Shown here piece by piece: positions 19,070 to 28,265 of a stretch of DNA of 64,000 bases. A program made the translations under genes and the position numbers. This DNA comes from a virus, in IMG/VR virus record IMGVR_UViG_3300003323_001359, positions 13,890-77,889 of that record; one strand, given 5' to 3'. Under the pieces are notes generated by a model. That model ran no database searches. It worked only from the letters and a program-made list of their open reading frames with translations, and was not told the DNA's origin. How positions within the stretch are numbered: position 1 is the stretch's first letter; every line of letters begins with the position of its first letter.

Positions 19070-19626
19070 CGAGAACCCGACTGCGTCCCAGGTACTCCGA
19101 CGCCGACCTGGCCCGCATCTACGCGACCCCGCACGACCACACCCGCTGGGCCGACCACGTGATTCGTGTGAACGTCACGACGAGCCTCGCGCGGTGGTTC
19201 GCCGACCAGACGGGATGTCGATCCGCGGCCGACCTGTCGTGCGGTGACGGCGCGATCCTCAACGCGCTTGACCTGCCTACCAAGGTCTTCGGTGACTACG
19301 CGCCGGGCTACGAGCTCACCGGCCCCATCGAGCGGACCATCGAGCAGCTCAGCCACGTGGACCTGTTCATCTGCTCTGAAACGATTGAGCACCTCGACGA
19401 CCCCGACGCCGTGCTGCGACGGATCAACGTGAAGGCTCGCTTCCTGGTGCTGTCGACGCCGATCGGTGAGGCAGACGTGGGAAACCCGGAACACTACTGG
19501 GGCTGGGACGTCGACGACGTCAGGGAGATGCTCGGCAGCACGGGTTGGGAGCCGTACAGCACGATCGAGCTCAAGCTGCCGCACTTCACGTACGACTTCC
19601 AGATCCACGCGTGCTGGAGAATCTGA
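19066..19626 (+). CDS. class I SAM-dependent methyltransferase
   Basis: ADLSCGDG; ICSETIEHL; LSTP. Confidence 0.82.
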   Translation: MTRTRLRPRYSDADLARIYATPHDHTRWADHVIRVNVTTSLARWFADQTGCRSAADLSCGDGAILNALDLPTKVFGDYAPGYELTGPIERTIEQLSHVDLFICSETIEHLDDPDAVLRRINVKARFLVLSTPIGEADVGNPEHYWGWDVDDVREMLGSTGWEPYSTIELKLPHFTYDFQIHACWRI

Positions 19627-20249
19627 TGCAGACCTACAAGGGTGACATCACCGTCGTCATCCCCACCATCCCACCGCGTCGTGATCACCTTCTCCGGGCC
19701 CTGCAGTCGGTCAGCACGCAGACCCTGCCCGCGTGGAACGTGGCCATCGCGCAGGACACCACGCACGCCGGCGCCGGTATCACGCGGCAGCGCGCCCTCG
19801 AGACGGTCCGTACCGGTTGGGTCGCGTTCCTCGACGACGACGACGCGTTCATGCCCAACCACCTCGAGATCCTGTACTGCGCGGCGCTCGAGACCAACGC
19901 GGACTACGTCTACAGCTACTACATGGTGCGGGACGCCGCGAACAACGACCGTCCCGACGTCGACCCCCTCGGCCACCTCGGTCGGCCGTTCGACACCGCG
20001 GACCCTCACCAGACCACGGTCACGACGCTCGTCCGCACCGAGCTCGCGCAGGTCGCGCGGTTCACCCCACCCGAGGCGGCCGAGGTCGACGGCCAGGTGT
20101 ACGGCGAGGACTTCCAGTTCACCGTGAACTGCTGCAAGCTCGGTGCCAAGGTCCACCACGTGCCCCGGCGCACGTGGTGGTGGTACCACCACGGCATGGG
20201 CGCGCCCGGCGTCCAGGGGAACACCTCCGGTCGCGGTGACCGGTGGTGA
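19626..20249 (+). CDS. glycosyltransferase (GT2)
   Basis: VVIPT, AFLDDDD, GED. Confidence 0.88.
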   Translation: MQTYKGDITVVIPTIPPRRDHLLRALQSVSTQTLPAWNVAIAQDTTHAGAGITRQRALETVRTGWVAFLDDDDAFMPNHLEILYCAALETNADYVYSYYMVRDAANNDRPDVDPLGHLGRPFDTADPHQTTVTTLVRTELAQVARFTPPEAAEVDGQVYGEDFQFTVNCCKLGAKVHHVPRRTWWWYHHGMGAPGVQGNTSGRGDRW

Positions 20250-20271
20250 CGCCTCAACTCGAGGAGAAACC

Positions 20272-20892
20272 ATGACCCTGCACGCACGCAGCGACCTCGT
20301 GAGCGTCGCTGTGTCGAAGGATCACGGGGGGTGTGGAGCCACGCACACGCGTCCGGTGACCCACGGCTCCCCGGTCAAGGTGTGGGTGCTGAGCTGCCCC
20401 GCCTGCGAGAACCACCTGCGCGGCGACCCGAACTGGGCGGTCGATCCGGAGGAGATCCCGGAGACCCCCGACGAGGTTCGGCTGCGCGAGAGCCAGGAGA
20501 AGCGCGGCGAGAAGAACATCGCGTCGAGCCTGCAGGCCTCGATCGCGAGCCTCGCGTCCTCTCAGGAGGGCATGCAGAAGCTGATGGCGATCATGACCAC
20601 CGCCCTGGCCGGCGTCAACCCGGAGGTCACGAAGGCGATCGCGTCCCTGACCGGCTCACCCACCGAGGAGTCACCGGTTGGTGCGACCAACGACAATCCC
20701 ACGGGCGTCGCGTCCCCCAACCGCACCCAGGTCGCCGGCGTGCGTGTCGTTGAGGACGGGGACCCACGGGACGATCAGCCGGACCTCAGCAAGCTCACCG
20801 TCAAGGACCTGCGCGCGCTCGCGAAGGATCGCGGTGTGGCCGACACCGGCAACCGCGCGCAGCTCATCGAGCGGCTGACTCAGGCGGGATAG
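20272..20892 (+). CDS. protein with C-terminal SAP/Rho-N-like domain
   Basis: DLSKLTVKDLRALAKDRGV..TGNRAQLIERL; N-terminal Cys/His cluster. Confidence 0.7.
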   Translation: MTLHARSDLVSVAVSKDHGGCGATHTRPVTHGSPVKVWVLSCPACENHLRGDPNWAVDPEEIPETPDEVRLRESQEKRGEKNIASSLQASIASLASSQEGMQKLMAIMTTALAGVNPEVTKAIASLTGSPTEESPVGATNDNPTGVASPNRTQVAGVRVVEDGDPRDDQPDLSKLTVKDLRALAKDRGVADTGNRAQLIERLTQAG

Positions 20893-20895
20893 AGG

Positions 20896-21087
20896 GTGTC
20901 GAGGCGGGGCGTCTGCGGCCGATGTGGCACCATCCGTCGGGGCAGGCGCGCCGCCACCACCCAACCCTTCACCCAGTGCGTCGAGTGCGTCACGCCGCTG
21001 TGCGTCAAGCACGCGATCTGGGACACCGACCGCGACGGCTACCTGTGCCGCAAGTGCGTCAAGGCTAAGAGGACGGTGATCCCGTGA
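20896..21087 (+). CDS. small Cys-rich zinc-finger protein
   Basis: CGRC, CVEC, CVKH, CRKC. Confidence 0.55.
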   Translation: MSRRGVCGRCGTIRRGRRAATTQPFTQCVECVTPLCVKHAIWDTDRDGYLCRKCVKAKRTVIP

Positions 21088-22031
21088 CGCTGCCCGTTGG
21101 CCCGCTCATCCCCTACGTCACGCCCGAGCTGCTGACCAACGCGCCCACCGGCATCTCGTGGTCCACGATCCCACCCGGTCGGTCCGTCACCGACGCCGAG
21201 CGTCTCGCCGAGCAGGCCAACATCTGCGCTCGCGCCACGGCTCAGGCCGACACATACTGCAACCAGGTGCTGCGCGCAACCCTCGACACCGAGATCCAGC
21301 AGGGTCCCGACTTCCGCATCACGGTCCAGAACGGCACCGGCAACGGCCGCTTCATCCTCCAGCGCTGGCCGGTGCTTCAGATCGTGAGCCTCGCGGTCTC
21401 CCCCAACACCTTCCCTCGTCAGTACGTCACGCTGCCCACCACCGCGTACGACATCGAGCACCCCGTCATCGGCGTCTACGGCAGCAGCGCGCCCTCCTCT
21501 GCCGGCGAGGGTGGCCAGTCGATCGCGTTCGCGCCCGGCTACGTCGACTGGGGCCTGGGACGCAACGGCTACGTCGTGAAGTGTCAGTACGTCAACGGCT
21601 GGCCGCACACGTCCCTCACCCAGCCCACCTCCGCCGGCCAGCAGGTCATCTCGGTCGACGACTGCACCGGCTGGGCGATCACCTCCGAGACGCTCGGCGC
21701 GGTCGGGGCCACCGGCACCGTGTTCGACTCCGGCAATCAGGAGGTCGTGCACGTCTCCTCAACCAGCGTGGCCGCGGGACCCGGCACGATGACCCTCGCC
21801 GCGCCCCTGCAGCTTCCCCACGCCGCGGGAACGATGGTGTCGACCCTGCCGCAGTCCGTGATCTGGGCCGTGATCCTGTTCGGCAGCTCCATCGCGCTGA
21901 CCCGGGGCTCAACCGCCACCACCGTGCAGACGATCCCCGGCGGCGGCGGCAGCACCGGTGGCGTGAAGAGCCCCGCCGACCTCGCCGGTGAGGCTGAGCT
22001 GCTCCTGAACCCGTTCCGTCGGACCGTTTAG
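21084..22031 (+). CDS. head-to-tail adaptor
   Basis: YVT.E start, 'RATAQADTYCNQ', 'ELLLNPFRR' end; position in the neck module. Confidence 0.7.
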   Translation: MTLPVGPLIPYVTPELLTNAPTGISWSTIPPGRSVTDAERLAEQANICARATAQADTYCNQVLRATLDTEIQQGPDFRITVQNGTGNGRFILQRWPVLQIVSLAVSPNTFPRQYVTLPTTAYDIEHPVIGVYGSSAPSSAGEGGQSIAFAPGYVDWGLGRNGYVVKCQYVNGWPHTSLTQPTSAGQQVISVDDCTGWAITSETLGAVGATGTVFDSGNQEVVHVSSTSVAAGPGTMTLAAPLQLPHAAGTMVSTLPQSVIWAVILFGSSIALTRGSTATTVQTIPGGGGSTGGVKSPADLAGEAELLLNPFRRTV

Positions 22032-22465
22032 TGTCGTACGTCCACGTGCTCGGCCTTCACCGGGTCGGGCGCTCTCGGCGTGCGCGGGACACCCACCACG
22101 GCAGGCTCGGCATCCGTCGCGGCGCCCGTCACCGGCAGGCGAGCCGCCACAACCGCGGTCACGCGCTCCGTCGGATCCACCGGCGCTCCCACCACCTGCA
22201 CCGCGTCGCCGGCCACGCGCACCCACACCGCGGCAGCCACGTCAAGCACGCGTTCACGCACCGCGTCGTCCGTCAGCACTACACGCGGAAGAAGCACGAG
22301 GAGAAGAAGCGTCGACGCGCCGCGCACGTCACGCGGCACCGCGCCCACTACACCAAGCGCCGCGTCGTCAAGCGCGGGTTCCACCACGTCAAGCACTCGC
22401 ACGTGGTTCACCACGCGCACCGGCACCACCGTGGGTACCACGGGCACCGTCGTCGACGGCACTGA
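22031..22465 (+). CDS. His/Arg-rich, highly basic protein
   Basis: Fills the gap between adaptor and 22482; GC-rich third codon positions; about 34 H, 35 R and 3 acidic residues in 144 aa. Confidence 0.65.
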   Translation: MSYVHVLGLHRVGRSRRARDTHHGRLGIRRGARHRQASRHNRGHALRRIHRRSHHLHRVAGHAHPHRGSHVKHAFTHRVVRQHYTRKKHEEKKRRRAAHVTRHRAHYTKRRVVKRGFHHVKHSHVVHHAHRHHRGYHGHRRRRH

Positions 22466-22481
22466 GGGGAGGCGCTGAGCC

Positions 22482-23000
22482 GTGCCGATCAACTCCACCC
22501 AGGTCTACGTCAACAACCTGCTCAACGGCATGGCATGGCCGATCCCCAACCTTCCCAACCTGCAGTGCCAGATCACGCCGCCCGACCCGAACGTGGACGC
22601 CGAGATTCCCCAGGCGTACGTCTGGCCGTCCCGGGGTCGTGAGGACCGCAACCCCACCAGGGGCGGCACGATCCCCCGCGCCACCACGGCCAACGGCCCC
22701 TCCGGCCTCAAGACGCAGCAGCACCGTCTCAGCATCTACCTCGTGTGGTGGGGCCAGGACGACGACCCGGACTCCGACACGCTCTTCCCCGGCATGGTCG
22801 ACGCGGTCATGGAGACCCTCCGCATCTCCGCCGACCCCACCGACGTCCTCACCGACCCGTGGAGCGGCCGGCAGAGCTACCTGATCGACGTCGGCGAGAA
22901 CATGGACTACCAGATCACCGTCCGCGCCGTCATCGACCAGCGCTACAACCGCTACGACGCCGAGATCACCTGCGTCATCAACGAGGTGTTCGCGGCCTAG
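22482..23000 (+). CDS. putative tail terminator/neck protein
   Basis: Position before the tail tube gene; size; GGGAGG RBS. Confidence 0.55.
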   Translation: MPINSTQVYVNNLLNGMAWPIPNLPNLQCQITPPDPNVDAEIPQAYVWPSRGREDRNPTRGGTIPRATTANGPSGLKTQQHRLSIYLVWWGQDDDPDSDTLFPGMVDAVMETLRISADPTDVLTDPWSGRQSYLIDVGENMDYQITVRAVIDQRYNRYDAEITCVINEVFAA

Positions 23001-23067
23001 TGAAGAGGAGCCGTGTGACCTCAGCCTCGGAGCGCGCCGCGCTCACCGTCTCAAGTGGAGGAGCTCG

Positions 23068-24294
23068 ATGAGCAACGTCCCTTCCTTCGTGTCGCCCTCC
23101 ACCAAGACCTGGCTGGGGATCGCGCGCGAGGTCACCGTCGGCACGCCCGTCATGCCGACCGTCACGATCCCCCTCGACAAGGGAACCTACGAGCCCGAGG
23201 ACCTCATCAAGTACCTCCCCGATGAGGCCATCCGTGGCTCCATGGCCCTGATCTACCAGGAGATCCAGGGCGTTGAGGACTCCACCTTCAACTACGGTGG
23301 CCCGGTCTTCGGTGACGTCTACGGCTTCTTCCTCGACAACGCGTTCGGTGACCTGTCCACCAGCGGCCAGCCCGCCGCCGGCGCGAGCTCGAACACCTCG
23401 GCCGCGTCCTCCGCCGGCAACACCAACGTCACCGTCGCGTCCACCGCCGGCTTCGTGGCCGGCCAGAACGTGCAGATCGACTCTGGCACCTCGGCTGAGG
23501 TGGTCAAGCTCTCCGCCGCCGCCGGCAACTCGATCACGTTCACCGGCTATCCCCTGCGGTTCAACCACGCCAACAACGTCACGGTCCAGACCGTGTCCGG
23601 CAGCTACACGCACCGGTTCAACATCCTCAACTCCGGCACGGGGCAGCCACCGACGCACACCGCGACCGACTACACCGCCCTGACTACCACGGTCGGTGCG
23701 CGCTCCTACCCCAGCCTCTGCGTCAGTCAGCTCGACTTCACCGGCAGCGCCGAGGCCCTGTTCATGGCCAAGGTGTCCGGCAACGCCTGGATCAGCGCCC
23801 CCGCGGCGTCCACGCCCACCGCGTCCACGAGCTTCACCGTGCCGATCCCGGCGTGGCGAACCAACATCACCATCGGCTCGTCCGCGATCTACGACATCGG
23901 TCAGTGGTCGCTCGCGATCAAGCGGACGCTGCAGGTCTACTGGACCAACCAGGGCTTCCAGAACCCGTACATCATCGCCCGCGGCCCGCTCGACGCGACC
24001 GGCACGCTGAACTTCTCGGTCGCCTACGACGAGACCGCCCTGCTTCAGTTCCTGAACAACACGCAGCCCGCCGTGGTCATCAACGTCGACAACGGCCTCT
24101 CCGGCACGAGCCACATCAACTACACCTTCGTGATGGCGCAGGCCGCGTTCGTCAAGTCGAAGATCACTCGCTCGGGCGTGCTGGTCGGCTACGACGACGA
24201 GATCCAAGCCGTCGCCAACACGTCCAACAGCGGCGGCTCCGGCGGCCTCGGTCCCATCACCGTCATCGTCACCAACAACTACGCGCCGTACTAG
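23068..24294 (+). CDS. major tail (tube) protein
   Basis: 'WLGIAREVTVGT', 'YTHRF'; precedes the chaperones and tape measure. Confidence 0.8.
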   Translation: MSNVPSFVSPSTKTWLGIAREVTVGTPVMPTVTIPLDKGTYEPEDLIKYLPDEAIRGSMALIYQEIQGVEDSTFNYGGPVFGDVYGFFLDNAFGDLSTSGQPAAGASSNTSAASSAGNTNVTVASTAGFVAGQNVQIDSGTSAEVVKLSAAAGNSITFTGYPLRFNHANNVTVQTVSGSYTHRFNILNSGTGQPPTHTATDYTALTTTVGARSYPSLCVSQLDFTGSAEALFMAKVSGNAWISAPAASTPTASTSFTVPIPAWRTNITIGSSAIYDIGQWSLAIKRTLQVYWTNQGFQNPYIIARGPLDATGTLNFSVAYDETALLQFLNNTQPAVVINVDNGLSGTSHINYTFVMAQAAFVKSKITRSGVLVGYDDEIQAVANTSNSGGSGGLGPITVIVTNNYAPY

Positions 24295-24306
24295 GTCGGA
24301 GGAGCT

Positions 24307-24636
24307 ATGAAGGTCGAGCTGCCCAGCGGCAACTGGGTTGAGCTGCGGGACAACCTCAAGGGACGCGACCGCACGGCGGTCAACGCGGTGCTGCGCATCC
24401 GGGTCCGCACGGGTGAGCAGCAGGAGCGCGAGCAGGAGGTCGGCGCCGACGTGTCCGACCGCATGCACGACACCCTGCTCGCGAACCTGATCACGCTGTG
24501 GTCGTTCGAGCGGCCCATCCCCAGCTCGCAGGGCGGCGCCGACGCGGTGGCTGACCTCGACATCGACGACTACCACGAGCTTCACTCGCGGACCGAGGAC
24601 CTCCTGCAGAGGGTGACCGCCAAGTCCCCAAACTGA
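24307..24636 (+). CDS. tail assembly chaperone (gpG-like)
   Basis: Position; ends in C CCA AAC TGA. Confidence 0.78.
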   Translation: MKVELPSGNWVELRDNLKGRDRTAVNAVLRIRVRTGEQQEREQEVGADVSDRMHDTLLANLITLWSFERPIPSSQGGADAVADLDIDDYHELHSRTEDLLQRVTAKSPN

Positions 24637-24893
24637 GGGACACCCGTCGCCGGCTCGTCGCGTTCTTCCTCAGTCAGGGCGCGCAGGAGGTTCCTCTTCC
24701 CGAGGGCATGCCGGAACGGGTGCTCATCCACCGCTGGTTCGCAGCCACGTACGGCTGGACCCCGGACCAGGTCGGCGACCTGGATCTCGACGACCTGCTG
24801 TGGCTGCCGGTCATCGAGGAGGCGGCGCACGAGGCGCAGGAGTTCCTCAGCAAGCAGAACGCGAAGGCGAGCCAGGGACCGAGAAGGGGGTAG
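24627..24893 (+). CDS. -1 frameshift extension of the tail assembly chaperone (gpGT-like)
   Basis: Slippery CCCAAAC at 24627-24633; the -1 frame is open to 24893 with 'YGWTPDQVGDL'. Confidence 0.75.
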   Translation, partial: PKLRDTRRRLVAFFLSQGAQEVPLPEGMPERVLIHRWFAATYGWTPDQVGDLDLDDLLWLPVIEEAAHEAQEFLSKQNAKASQGPRRG

Positions 24894-24895
24894 CC

Positions 24896-25321
24896 GTGGC
24901 AACGAGCGGTGCCCGAGGCGCGATCGACGCCCTCGGTCTGATCATGACCGCCGGTGCCGCCGCGGCGACCCCCGCCGCGGAGGCGATGGGTGAGGCTGTG
25001 GCCCGCGAGGCTCGCTCGCAGCTCAGCCGGTCCTCCCACCCGCCGGGAACACCCACCACGTCGATGCCTGGGTCGCCGCCGGCGACGGTGACCGGCCGAC
25101 TGCGGGACAGCGTCGAGGTGAGGGTGATCGGTGAGGGCGCCGTGCAGGTCGGCGCGACCGCTCCCTACGCGCGGATCCAGGAGCTCGGCGGCACGTCGGG
25201 GCGCGGTGGGGCGACCGAGCTGCCGTCGCGGCCCTACCTGATCCCGGCGTGGGAGATCGCCGGCAGCGAGGCGTACGAGGTCGCGCTCGAGGTCATCCGG
25301 GAGGCGGTGAGCCGTGGCTGA
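24896..25321 (+). CDS. HK97 gp10-like neck/tail-completion protein
   Basis: PPATVTGRLRDS, APYARIQELG, PSRPYL. Confidence 0.8.
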   Translation: MATSGARGAIDALGLIMTAGAAAATPAAEAMGEAVAREARSQLSRSSHPPGTPTTSMPGSPPATVTGRLRDSVEVRVIGEGAVQVGATAPYARIQELGGTSGRGGATELPSRPYLIPAWEIAGSEAYEVALEVIREAVSRG

Positions 25322-28265
25322 GGAGCTGCCTCCCGCGATCCTCGACCTGATCGTCAACACGGCGCAGTGGCTCGAGGGGATGCAGACCTCGATCGCGTCG
25401 CTCGAGGAGCTCGACGCCTCCATCCTCGAGACGACCGACGTCGTCGCGACCTTCACGGAGGCGCTCACCGCCGGTGCCACCGACATCGCGATCGCGATGG
25501 ATGAGGCCGCGGTCGCGATGGATGAGGCGATGACCAGCATCGCCGCGGCCGCCGACGAGGCGGCGGCCGCGATGGAGCGCCTGGGGGTAGCGGCCGACTC
25601 AGCCGCCGCCTCCCAGGATGCCGCGGCCGTCTCATCCAAGGAGATGGCCGCGAGCAGCGCTGAGTCGAGCAGCGCCATGGGCAGCATCGCCGACGAGGTC
25701 GGCCGGCTGGCTGAGAAGGCCGCCCTCGCCGTCGCCGCGGTCGGCACGACCAGCCTCATCATGGCCGGTGACTTCCAGGCGTCCGTCACGCGGCTCGTCA
25801 CGAGCGCGGGCGAGTCCTCGCAGGCGATCGGGTCGCTCAGCCAGGGGCTGATCGACATGTCCACGAAGGTGGGCTTCACGGCCAACGAGATGGCGAAGGC
25901 GATGTACCCCATCGAGTCCGCCGGCTACCACGCGGCGGACGGCCTCAAGGTGATGCAGGCGGCCGCGCAGGGAGCCAAGGACGAGGGCGCCGACCTGAGC
26001 CACGTCGCCGACGCCGTCACCACCGTGCTACGGGACTACAACCTGGGAGCCGACCAGGCCGCCGACGTCACGAGCAAGATGGTCACCGCGATCTCCTTCG
26101 GCAAGACCAACTTCGACGCGTTCTCCAAGTCCCTCGCGACCGTGCTGCCCATCGCTGAGTCGGTGGGCCTGAGCTTCCAGGACGTCGCGACCGTGGAGGC
26201 CGCGATGACCGCGAAGGGCACGACGGCCCAGCGAGCGGCGCAGGACGTCGCCGCCGCGATCAAGAGCCTCATCGCGCCCACCACGCAGATGACCAAGGAG
26301 TTCACCGCCCTCGGCATCACGAGTGACCAGGTGCAGCAGCACCTCGGCAAGGACGGCCTGGCGGCCACCCTCGAGTGGCTGCGTCAGGTCGCGGAGAAGA
26401 ACGCCGCCGCGGTGGGGCAGACCGTGCCGGAGGCGATGAAGAAGCTGATCGGCACGTCGCCGGGCCTGCAGGCCGCCCTCGAGACGACCGGCGGCGCCGC
26501 CGACGCCCTGTCCGAGGCGATCAAGAAGGTCGGCGGCGCGACCGCCGACGCGCAGGGCGACGTCATCGGTTTCTCCGAGGTGCAGGGAAACCTCAGCTTC
26601 CAGTTCGACCGGTTCAAGGCTCAGCTCGAGGCGGTCGCGATCAGCATCGGCAACATGATGATGCCGTCAATGATCAAGCTGCTGAACCTGCTCGAGAGCG
26701 CGTTCCAGTCGATGTCGAAGAACACGGACATCGGCGAGGGGTTCAAGGCGGTCATCGACTCGATCGGTGAGGCGTTCGCGGCGCTCAAGCCGATCTTCGC
26801 GCCGCTCGCGGCGTCCTTCAAGGACCTGATGGAGGTTCTCGGCCCGCTGCTCGTCGACGCCCTCAAGCTGATCGCGCCCACCCTCGCCGTCAACATCCAG
26901 GCCTTCGACGACCTGCTCAAGGCGATCAAGCCGCTGCTTCCCGTCATCGGTCAGATGACGGAGGTCGTCGGCAAGGGGCTCGGCGAGTCCTTCAAGCAGG
27001 TCTGGGACGCGATCAAGCCGCTGCTTCCCGAGATCACCAAGCTCTTTCTCGCGATCGAGAAGGGAATCATCGCCACCGTTCCCATTCTCGCCAACTTCAT
27101 CACCGGCATCATTCACACCATCGAGTGGATCGACAAGTTCGCGCGAAAGCTGTCGGACGCGTCGGCAGCCATCGGCCGCTGGATCGAGGACATCCCCAAC
27201 AAGATCCGTCGCATGGTCGAGGAGGTCGGCCGGTACATCTCGGACCAGTGGAACAAGGCCATGGAGGGCCTGAAGTCCACGGCTCGTACCACCGTTTCCA
27301 ACGTGACGTCGCTGTTCACGAACCTCCCGGAGAAGATCGGGTACGCGCTCGGTCAGATCGCCGGAACCGTCGTAAGGGAGAGCATCAAGATCGGCGTGAA
27401 CCTCGAGAACGGCGTGAAGACCGGCGCGCAGCGCGTCGTCAAGTTCTTCGGCTCGGACCTGCCGAACAGCATCCTGCGAGCCATGTCCGACGCCGGCACC
27501 TGGATGATCACTACCGGCAATGACATCCTGAGGGGGCTGCTGGACGGCATCAAGACGGCGGCAACAGCCGTTGTGAAGTGGTTCGTGAACCTGCCCAACG
27601 TGATCCGAAACCTCGTCAGCGACGCCTATCACTGGCTCGCTAAGACCGGTCAGGACCTGGTTCAGGGCCTCATCGACGGCATCATCAAGAAGCTGGGAGA
27701 CGTCGTGAACGCCATGACCGGCGGCAGCAGCGTCAAGAGCTCGGTGACGCACCCGATGTCCGACGCCTACAACTGGCTCGTTCGCTCTGGCTCCGACATC
27801 GTCCACGGTCTTTGGTCCGGCATGGTGAACTCGTTCAACTGGCTCATGAGGAACATCTCCAACTTCGCGAACAGCGTCAAGCAGGGCTTCATGGACGCTC
27901 TTCACATCAACTCACCGTCGAAGGTGATGGCCGACGTCGTCGGCGTCGGCATCGTGGAGGGCATCGCTCAGGGCATGACCGACAACGTGGACATCGTTCA
28001 CCGCGCGATCGGCACCGTGAAGACCTCGATCCTGAGCGGTTTCGGCGGCGTCGGCGTCACGCCGGCCGGTCTCGGCATCCCCGTGGGCGCCGCCGGCATC
28101 GGCCTCGGCGGTGCCGGCGGCGGCCTGCTCGTGATCAACAACAACATCCAGGGAACGGTCGTCGCGGAGAAGCAGATCCGAGAGATCAACCAGACCCAGA
28201 CCCTTCGCTACAACCTGCGCAACCCGACGAACGGGCTGTCGCTCTTCGGTCGAGGGAGCGCCTGA
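25314..28265 (+). CDS. tape measure protein
   Basis: 983 aa, Ala-rich helical; TP901-type core; W/F-spaced repeats; INSPSKV. Confidence 0.92.
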   Translation: MAEELPPAILDLIVNTAQWLEGMQTSIASLEELDASILETTDVVATFTEALTAGATDIAIAMDEAAVAMDEAMTSIAAAADEAAAAMERLGVAADSAAASQDAAAVSSKEMAASSAESSSAMGSIADEVGRLAEKAALAVAAVGTTSLIMAGDFQASVTRLVTSAGESSQAIGSLSQGLIDMSTKVGFTANEMAKAMYPIESAGYHAADGLKVMQAAAQGAKDEGADLSHVADAVTTVLRDYNLGADQAADVTSKMVTAISFGKTNFDAFSKSLATVLPIAESVGLSFQDVATVEAAMTAKGTTAQRAAQDVAAAIKSLIAPTTQMTKEFTALGITSDQVQQHLGKDGLAATLEWLRQVAEKNAAAVGQTVPEAMKKLIGTSPGLQAALETTGGAADALSEAIKKVGGATADAQGDVIGFSEVQGNLSFQFDRFKAQLEAVAISIGNMMMPSMIKLLNLLESAFQSMSKNTDIGEGFKAVIDSIGEAFAALKPIFAPLAASFKDLMEVLGPLLVDALKLIAPTLAVNIQAFDDLLKAIKPLLPVIGQMTEVVGKGLGESFKQVWDAIKPLLPEITKLFLAIEKGIIATVPILANFITGIIHTIEWIDKFARKLSDASAAIGRWIEDIPNKIRRMVEEVGRYISDQWNKAMEGLKSTARTTVSNVTSLFTNLPEKIGYALGQIAGTVVRESIKIGVNLENGVKTGAQRVVKFFGSDLPNSILRAMSDAGTWMITTGNDILRGLLDGIKTAATAVVKWFVNLPNVIRNLVSDAYHWLAKTGQDLVQGLIDGIIKKLGDVVNAMTGGSSVKSSVTHPMSDAYNWLVRSGSDIVHGLWSGMVNSFNWLMRNISNFANSVKQGFMDALHINSPSKVMADVVGVGIVEGIAQGMTDNVDIVHRAIGTVKTSILSGFGGVGVTPAGLGIPVGAAGIGLGGAGGGLLVINNNIQGTVVAEKQIREINQTQTLRYNLRNPTNGLSLFGRGSA

